DNA of 63,151 nucleotides, the filler included, from Reclinomonas americana ATCC 50394 (Eukaryota), in assembly GCA_048213135.1 (NCBI GenBank). It is 13 parts of 13 records of this genome, joined end to end, with 100 filler letters (N's around TTAATTAATTAA, not from the genome) between each part and the next. Parts side by side here need not be neighbours in the genome. Positions count along the whole stretch, not along the records: positions 47,533 to 58,489 come from AFZH01022336.1; positions 58,590 to 61,821 come from AFZH01022337.1; positions 61,922 to 63,151 come from AFZH01022343.1; 10 more parts are not named here. One strand, written 5' to 3'. Each line of letters starts with the position of its first letter. Positions within the stretch are counted from its first letter, which is position 1. Positions 52,049 to 63,151 of the stretch are shown here, piece after piece. The notes under the pieces are model-generated. The model had not been told where the DNA came from, made no database searches, and saw nothing but the letters and a program-made list of their open reading frames with translations. Position numbers and translations under genes: made by a program.

Positions 52049-53328
52049 ATGAGAGCGTTGGTGGCGCTCACCTGTGGCGCCAGTCTGCTGATGCTGACGA
52101 CACAGCGTCGTCAGCGTTCACTGACGATGCACGCTGCCACGCAAGAGGCACAACTCGTGTCGCGACAAGACGCGGCTCGTGTGCTGCAGTCGTGCGTGCG
52201 ACCTGTGTGCACGCTGCTGCCGACTGACAACGAGCGTCTGCCGTTTGTTCTTGAGTACATTTGTGGTGTGCGTCGTCCGCACTTGATTGTGGTGCCGGTG
52301 GACCACGACAGCATGCGTTGCGTCTCTTTGTCGCGATTGTCAGGGTGGGTGCAAGACTGAGCGTCGCTCGCTCGCAGCCACCGATCTGTGTGAGAGCGAG
52401 TGGTCGCTGCAGGTGCGCCTCTGGGAGACGGTGCAGCGGACGGTGCAGGCGGTGCGGCAGCGTGGAGCTCGAGGCACGGTCAAGGTCTCGTTCCATCAGG
52501 GGTCGTGGCGAACGTGTGACTGGATGCACGTGCATGTGGTGCTGCGGACGAGCGAGTACGTCTCGCTGCTGCAGCAAGACAGCAAGGAAAACGATAGAAA
52601 GGTGGATGTGGCGTTCTGGCAACAGTTTGACGAGCGACTCCTTGCTCGCAGTCTCTCGTACCGCGAGGCCGACAGTGCACAGGCGGCACAGGTGCAGTGC
52701 ACGGGCTCATGTCCGCCTGTTTCTGGCGAGCGCTTCCGTCTCTTCGACGACGCAGACGTGCAACGTGAGTTGAAGCGGCTGCAGCAGCCGGAGCGTGACA
52801 GCAACACCAACAACAACAACACCCACCCACGCATCCACCCGTCTGCTCTACCCCAGGTCTCCCCTCGTGCTCACGCTGTGCATGTTCGTGTGTTGCATGA
52901 GCTGACTCGACGCATGCGCAGTTGCAGATGGCGGCGAACTCGGCCGTGGAGGTGACACTCGACGACACACTGGCTCGAGTGCACTTTACCGTTCCTCACG
53001 ACGACAACAACAACGACGACGACGTGGATTTTGTCAGCCAATGCGGCCGCTTGTACCTGTGCATGATGCTGTTCTACGGCGCCAAGAGACTCCGCGATGC
53101 GCACTTGGTGTTGGTGTTTGACGGTGAGTTCATTCTCTCCTACGCCCCGTCACTTGCTCGACGACAAGCACTGAGCCGCACACCCTTTTCTGATCAGATG
53201 CGACCACGCCGAAATGCACGCACGGCTACGTGCGGCTTGCGCCTGCCGAGTACGTCTGTGTCCATCCGCATCGCGACAATTGGCTTGAGGCGTACCGACA
53301 CGCCGCGGATCCCACCATTGACACGTGA
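52049..53328 (+). CDS. HIT-like superfamily protein (divergent)
   Basis: RPHLIVVP followed by VSFHQGSWRTCDWMHVHVV (partial histidine triad); four phase-consistent exons; stop TGA at 53326-53328. Confidence 0.55.
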
Positions 53329-53369
53329 GTGAAACAATCGCCACGCGCAGCTGTTCGTTCTCCACGCGG

Positions 53370-54734
53370 TCATGAGGCCTCTGGCTGTTCACGATGCCAC
53401 GGCCACTCGGTATTGAAGGTGTCGAGCAGCAAGTCGCGCATGGCGCTGTCCTTGCGCACGGCCAGCAGATCCACGACGCACCACGAGAGGCCGCCCAGTC
53501 TCGTGTGTGAGTCCTGACACATCTCATAGTCGCTGTCCCACCACACCCCTGAAACGGGCAGCAGAAGACCGTCGCCGAGTGCATACAGCTCGTAGCCCAT
53601 GACGTGCACGGCCATGGCAAAATCGCGCAGCGTTGGACTCGGCACGTCGCCAATGGCGCGTGGTGCCGGGTACTTGCGCATGCTTGCCGCTCGATACACG
53701 CCGTTCCACATGAGCGAGTACTCGAACGAGGCCAGCTCCACCAGCCCGGCCCGGAGCAAGCCCTCCATGCCGGCCAACACATGTGACTCCCAACCCTCGA
53801 CATCGACCTTGACGTAGAGAATGCGCCGACCGGCCAGCAAACGCGCTCGCTCGTCGGTGGCAAACAGCGAATCCAGTGTGGTGACAAACACACGGTCCAC
53901 CTTCTCCCCGTGCACACCGGCGGCGACCTCGCGCTCCGACGGCGGTCGCAGAGAGAACAAGTTGCCGGCCCCCACTTCCTTGGAGGCCAGCGAGTACAGC
54001 GGCAACTGTCCGACCGTGTCACCCAGGGCCACCTTGTGCAACTGGAAGGTCGTGCTGGTGCTGTCGGCGTCGGTGATGTTGAAGCGACGCTGCAGCTCCT
54101 GCCGCAGCATGCGATGCGCACGACTGGCCGGCTCAAAGGCCACCACGTGGCACCCACCGCGCATCAGCTCATACGCCATCAGCGCATCCGACGCGTCCAT
54201 GTCGTCGTTCCAGTGCGCCGCCCCCACATCTACGATAATCGGCCACGGTTGCGCCAGCGCTGCGTGTGCCTTGCTGTCGCGCTCTCGCAACTCCGACAGC
54301 GCTCGTCCATACACCCAACGCGCCAGTCGTTTCAGCGGACCAGGCGATCCTCCGGCCGAGTGATGAAACGCGCGACCGTGCTTCCGATACCAGTCGGTGA
54401 GGCGCGAGCGCATGCGCAGCGTGTGCGTCAGTTGCACAGTGGACATGGATGGGCCGGTCGCAGACTGGAAGGCGAGTGTGTGTGAGAGAGAGGGAGAAAA
54501 GGAAGAGGGGGGAGAGAGAGACGCAACGCTGCACAGGCGCTCGCCGATGCGCTCCAACGCAGAGAGAGTGGATGAGTCGCGACGACGCGTGGCAGTTGTC
54601 GGCATTGTGGAGGTGGTGGTGCTCGTGGACTCCATCGCTGAATGGAGAGCAGTGAAGAGCAGCAAGCTGCCGAGCACACAGCCGAGTGTGAGGCCGGCCA
54701 GGAAGGTCAGGGCCAGTGCCCATGATGGGCGCAT
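53370..54734 (-). CDS. FkbM-family (Methyltransf_21) SAM-dependent methyltransferase with an N-terminal membrane anchor
   Basis: Hydrophobic WALALTFLAGLTLGCVLGSLLLF; IVDVGA, VVAFEP, VALG, TTLDSL, YVKVDVEGWESHVLAG; probable in-frame intron at 54527-54465. Confidence 0.9.
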   Translation of the reverse strand: MRPSWALALTFLAGLTLGCVLGSLLLFTALHSAMESTSTTTSTMPTTATRRRDSSTLSALERIGERLCSVASLSPPSSFSPSLSHTLAFQSATGPSMSTVQLTHTLRMRSRLTDWYRKHGRAFHHSAGGSPGPLKRLARWVYGRALSELRERDSKAHAALAQPWPIIVDVGAAHWNDDMDASDALMAYELMRGGCHVVAFEPASRAHRMLRQELQRRFNITDADSTSTTFQLHKVALGDTVGQLPLYSLASKEVGAGNLFSLRPPSEREVAAGVHGEKVDRVFVTTLDSLFATDERARLLAGRRILYVKVDVEGWESHVLAGMEGLLRAGLVELASFEYSLMWNGVYRAASMRKYPAPRAIGDVPSPTLRDFAMAVHVMGYELYALGDGLLLPVSGVWWDSDYEMCQDSHTRLGGLSWCVVDLLAVRKDSAMRDLLLDTFNTEWPWHREQPEAS

Positions 54735-54851
54735 CGATGATGAAGAAACCACGCAATCGTCCCACAGCGTCCGATATCACTTTGCTTCCTTGACAACAAC
54801 AAAGCACGACTGCCGCGACGTGATGCTTGCTAATACATCATCACAGTTCAC

Positions 54852-57035
54852 TTATGTGTCGTTCTCTCCGCGATCGGTCACCGAGTCCCACTGATCGGTC
54901 CATAGCACCACCATGTCTTCGGGAAGTGGATCGGGCTGCAGAAAGGAAGTGAGAAGAAGCTGTCGAGCCAGACAGACAACACGATGAATGCTGTACGCAC
55001 CGAGTTGATCTCTACAAAGGGGTCGGGGATCGGCATGCTGATCGAGGCGGTTTCCATCGACGGCAGCTTGCGCAGACTCTCCGACACTCGCGGCAGCGGT
55101 AATGGCACATGTTCGGTAAAGCGGTGGTGAATGGTGTTGGCTTCGCTGACGCCGCGTGATAATCTGTAGGCATTGGTGAGGAAAAAAGGGGCAGCAAGCG
55201 AGCAAACAGTGTCGACAAACTCAGTACCTTCTCTCGCGCATGCGAGCACGAATGTCGTCCAATGATGGTGGCTTCGGGGCGAAGAACGCCGACTTTTCCA
55301 GCTCACCATCCAACCGGATCCACTCAAACACACGGACGTTGATCGGCAACGGCTGCAACGATGCCAACCGCTGCAGCAATGCCGAGCAGAGGCGGTTCGG
55401 CAGCTTGTTGCTGGGCGACACGACACTGGAGCTCGACACGCCCGTCAGCACCGACCCGTTCATCGATGCCGCGTTCGGAGTGGCCGGCAGAGTCGATGGT
55501 ACCACCGACGACGACACCATCGTAACCAGAGGGTGCGATTCAGCACTGGCGCCCATGTGGCGCTCGTGTAACCGCAAGCTCGAATCCAACTCGGCCTCCA
55601 GACGGCGTGCCAACACGGCCTGTGGAGTGGGCACGAGCACACCGGCACCCCCACCAGCAGCACCACCTGCACCCGCCACAAATGCGCTGTTCCTTCTGTG
55701 GCCTGCAGCACCGCTGTCTCCGCTAACATCAATGGCCTCCACATCCTCCTCCACCAGGTGCTCCAGATGCATCAGTGCCGGCTTTTGTTGCTCGGCGCCG
55801 TGAGCGGGAGACAGCGAGAGAGCATGCAGGCCGCTGGCAAAATGCCTCCGCAGCCAACCGGCCGACGGATTCGTAGTCCGTGGTGGCGACTGTCCGAGCA
55901 ACAGTGGTGGCAGCTGCTGTGCAACGTCGTCGGCATTGTCGGCGCCGACGGTGTTGTCTTGATCGTGGTCGCCGATCTTGGCGGCGGCCTGAGCCCGCAC
56001 CGACAGTGGCGCCAGAGCACTGCGTTCGGTGAAGGCTGGTGCGGATGGGCTGAGAACGCGTTCGCTGCGGTTGTCCATGTCACCCGCCTGCGCCATGTTG
56101 GGCAGCGGCGAGATCGCACCCGACAAGTCGTCGCGAGTGTCGTCCAACGGCGCATGTGCCGCACACTCCGACACCACCTGCATGTCGTCCAGGAATCCCG
56201 CGTGCTCCATCAAGCGTCTCGGACGGATTCCCTGGCTCTTGGTCGACAGTGGAGTCTCTGGAGGTCGGCGGTGGCTGGAGAGCGTGGACGCCTCGGCCAA
56301 GACACGAGCCGGCGTGGATGCGACGACGGCCGGGGGGCACGTGCGTGGCGACACAACCACGCTGCCAGCAGTCTGATCAGGTCGTGCGTGACGGTACTCG
56401 TACAGTGCCTGCGCGTGCAGCGACGACACGGGCGTCGACGGCGATGTGGGCGACACGGCCGGAACCACCACCTGAATCGGCGGTAACCGAGCCACGCGAA
56501 CCACCGGCGACTTGCTGCCGACAGCAACCGCCGCCGCAGCACCACCACCACCACCACCAATGGCCACCACCGCATGCAACTTGTCGGACTCGGAAGGGAC
56601 GCGAGTCATGGGCGACCGTGACACGCGTTGTCTCGGCGGTGGCGATGGTGTCGCCAAGTCACGGTGCGCATGCGAGGAGGATGACGACGACGACGACGAC
56701 GACGACGCTGGCGATGACGGCACAGAGTCGGCGACGGCGATGTAGCCACTGCAGGGCGACTGTGGTGCCGGCGGAAGCGAGGGTGTGACAGTGGACGAGA
56801 ACGACAGGCGACGGCAGGCGGCGGTGAGTCCCGACACGGCCGACGAGGCCGGACACAGTGGCGATGGCGGCTGTGACGGGGCAACAAACGGGTATCGCAC
56901 AGTCGACGAAGTCACCGACGACAGTCCGCACGCTGCGAGATGAGCACGCGGCGAGAGTGACGTTTGGAATCCGGTGGCCGGTCGCGGACCACCGCCGACG
57001 CCACCAGCAATGTGGGCGCTGCAACCACACCCCAT
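54852..57035 (-). CDS. S/P-rich hypothetical protein with an N-terminal dual-acylation motif (MGCGCS)
   Basis: Long first exon from ATG 57035, then two in-phase exons ending TDRGENDT*. Confidence 0.7.
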
Positions 57036-58123
57036 GATCTGTGCGTGTGTCTCTGTGTACACTCCGTTTGTCAGTGCACACCTGGGCACGCAGACGAGGA
57101 GACAAAAGGGACGGACCGACTGGAAAAAGTGGTCGTTGCAGCAAGCACGCGCTGTGCTCGATGACCAGTTTTTGTTCGCGGAATACCAGGCAATCGCGCA
57201 CGGTGCTTGTGTGCTTGTGCGAGAGAAAGCGCGGGAGAGTGAAGGGGGAGAGAGTGTGTGCGAGGTTGCGCTGGCGCGCCAACAGCGTGTCAAGGAGTTG
57301 TGTGGATTTCGCGACGGCGATGATGTGAGGGTAACCGACACATGATGACCAAATCTGGATTGTTGGTGGTTGGTTTTCGCATTTGGTTCCCTCCCTCGCT
57401 GCACACTCACTGCTGCAGTGCTACTCACGAAGGCATAACGTAAAGCATCGTCGATGGAAGCTCACTCTGCGGCATGCGTGCGTGCGTGCGTGCGGAATGC
57501 AGTATGCATCGAATGTATGCCAGCGCTGGTTTTTTTGTTTTTCCGCTGGCTTGTGATTGCAGAAAAGGCAGCACAAGAGTGACTCACTGGGCGTCACCAC
57601 ACCAAACCGAATGCTTCGATCCACCGCCGCGAAAAAGAAGCAGAGGACTGCATGCGGATCCATGCAAGCACGAAAGATGTCGCACACGATGCAGCGATGC
57701 AGCGACGCAGCGATCACCTGGCCTCACACAGGCAAGGCGACCAAGGGGACATTGAGCTGTGCTCTACTGTGCGCCCCTGTGCATGCATGCAGCAGCTTCT
57801 GCGCGCGTGAATCTCGATTTCCAGCGAGTGCGAAACCTGAAGCAGTGAGACATGGATGAACGGTTTCCCCGCCCCCACATCCTCTGCATCTATCCTCATC
57901 ATTGGTTCGTTCACGCTGCATAGCATCACTCTGCACAGTCATTTACCTTGCGATCTCTCGCCATTTGACGCAAAAGACGTTGCTCGCGAGTCGACCGTTT
58001 CTTCCTCAATTCATCCATCAGGCGAGAACAAGCACCAGCCAAGCATCAAGCCACACGCACGCACCTCTCTCTCGCTTTCACACACTTACACGCCAGTCAC
58101 TTTCACCACTCGTTACGTGCACA

Positions 58124-61159
<3,036 letters not shown>

Positions 61160-61359
61160 TATCGCATCGAATCGTGTTTTCCTTCCCATCTCTCCTCTCC
61201 CTTTTTTTGATCACCACTCTCCTTGCCCACCACTCCCACCACTGTGTTCTCTCTCATCTGTGTCGCCGTGGACACGGTGAGAAATGAACACTCACTGGAA
61301 ATGCATGTCCTCCTCCTCTTCCGCGATCAGCCTGTGTGCTTTAAGCGAGAGACAGAAGC

Positions 61360-61740
61360 ATGGAAGTGCTTTTGATAACACACCCCGTCAGCATCTTCAT
61401 GCAAGCAGGGGGCGGGGACGGCGACGGAGGCTCCGGTTCCACTCCTCCTCTGTCGCCCTCCGCCGCTGCCTCCTCGCCCTCCGCCGCCACGGGTCTCCGC
61501 TCACGCGCCACCGAGTTTGTCGACGCACGACTGAGCGTGCAGGGAGTGACGCACGCCAGCATGCTGCGCGATCGCTTGGTGTCGACGAGCGCGACTGGGG
61601 AGAGTGGTGGCTGGTGGTTGCCACAAGAGGCGGAACTCGTGGTGTGCTCGCCACTCACACGCGCACTGGAGACCGCCACTGTCGTCTTTGGCTGCACAGT
61701 GCCCACAATCGCCTGCGACCTCATTGCGCAGTTCCGCCAG
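61360..61740 (+). CDS. Histidine phosphatase (PGAM-like) superfamily, first exon, degenerate RHG motif
   Basis: VLLITHPVS in place of LVRHGES, DARLSVQG, VVCSPLTRALETA. Confidence 0.75.
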
Positions 61741-63151
61741 GTAACTCACGCACGCGTGTGTGCATGTGTATGCATGTGATGAAGGGTCGATCACACGATT
61801 TTCTGTGTGTGTGTGTGTGTGNNNNNNNNNNNNNNNNNNNNNNNNNNNNNNNNNNNNNNNNNNNNTTAATTAATTAANNNNNNNNNNNNNNNNNNNNNNN
61901 NNNNNNNNNNNNNNNNNNNNNCGTGCGTGTGACGAGTTAGTGAAGCTATCCATGTTCGGTTTCATCCCGTATGCCGGATTTGGTGTGCATGGTTGCTGCA
62001 AGGTCGCGCAACCACCGAACTCCGGTGCACATCATTCTTCTTTCTCTTCCTCCTTCTTTACCCCGCACCCTCACTGGCCACTGTCGACAGAGGCAGGAGT
62101 TGCGCATGCGCTGTCCGCATGTGGCAGAAAGAAAAAAATACCCATGACGTACGTGGTACGTAGACGCGGACGCGCGGCATTGGCGGAGGCACATCACCAC
62201 AGTGTCCTCCTCCTCCTCCACCACCGCCACCACCCCCACTGCCTTCCCCAAACACGCACCGCGCTTGAGTGAAATTGTCGTTTCGCATTTGGAAAGTCCC
62301 GTGACACACAATCAACACAAAACCCATTTTCGTGCGCGTTGGCAACCGCTGCTCCACACACAACTTTCATTCTGGTGAGTGCCTCCTCTTCCTCCTCCTC
62401 CTTCTCCTCTCCTCCTCCCCTTTCACATGTGTGTGTGCGTGTGGGGGCCTGTATTTTCTTGATGCGAGAGTGAGTGTGTGTGCGATATGTTTGAATGAGA
62501 GGTCGTGTTTGTGGCGCGGGGTTTCTTCGCATGTCCTCCTTGTTGCACACACTACACTTCTCCCTCTCTCTCTCCCTCATTGTCGCACACACGCAGACAC
62601 ACGCAGACACACTGTGCACATGCATACACACAGAGAGGGAGTGGAGCGCATATAAGCGGCACGCGCATTTAGCTTACAGCATCTGTTGAGACACACACCC
62701 GCGCGTACACCTGTGCACACACACAGTGTAGAGGATCACACACGCGCGCACACACACATGATGCGCAAAATGCGTGTGTGTGTCTGTTGCGTGTGGCGTG
62801 TGTGTGTTGACAGCATTATTGATTCGCTTCAACCGTTTCAGTGTCTGTTCGTCTCTTGTTTCTTTTTTCATTTCCTTCTCGCACACCGAATTGCACTCAC
62901 ACGCACACACACACGCTCCTCTCTCTGCTCTCTCGCAATTTATTGCCACTCGTCACCACCTTGCTTCTCGCACTTGTCGATGCACTTGTGTCCCGCTTTA
63001 TATGGCAGCAATTTTTCTCGACAGAAACCGATGATTGCCTTCTTTTCCCGGCCGCCTTTTCCCAAAATCGGTGAATGTGACTTTGACCATTCTCCCCTTT
63101 CAGGTTCAACTCCTCGGCTCGTCATGTCGTTTGTTCTCGCACACGGCTTGC

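Noticed and set aside
61922..63151. Possible exons in the last contig
   Set aside because: No consistent spliced frame or motif could be supported

Overview
Eukaryotic (probably protist) draft scaffold made of 13 contigs joined by 100-bp N..TTAATTAATTAA..N spacers. At least GPR89 and NuSAP-like, and probably TAF5, continue across spacers, so the contigs are ordered. The window is gene-dense with many short (about 60-100 nt) spliceosomal introns plus longer introns filled with microsatellites or local tandem repeats; most ORF-track entries are shadow frames. Manually spliced genes: DDX18/HAS1, a polyQ CCCH zinc-finger protein, a nuclear protein with five tandem copies of an unrecognised ~190-aa domain, TAF5, GPR89/GPHR, UFD1-like, a protein with an acidic micro-exon array, a bacterial-type SnoaL/NTF2 protein, a Ded1/DDX3-like helicase with a possible mitochondrial presequence, a DHH/DHHA1 phosphoesterase head-to-head with a HIT-like gene, an FkbM methyltransferase, an MGCGCS protein, a NuSAP-like protein, a degenerate histidine phosphatase and several hypothetical genes. 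The most striking observation is a second 5' splice-site class, /GTTGCG, at 18 or more introns, in every case I traced where exon position -1 is not G. It looks like a +1-shifted copy of the G/GTGCGT donor. All family assignments come from recalled motifs, not database searches.
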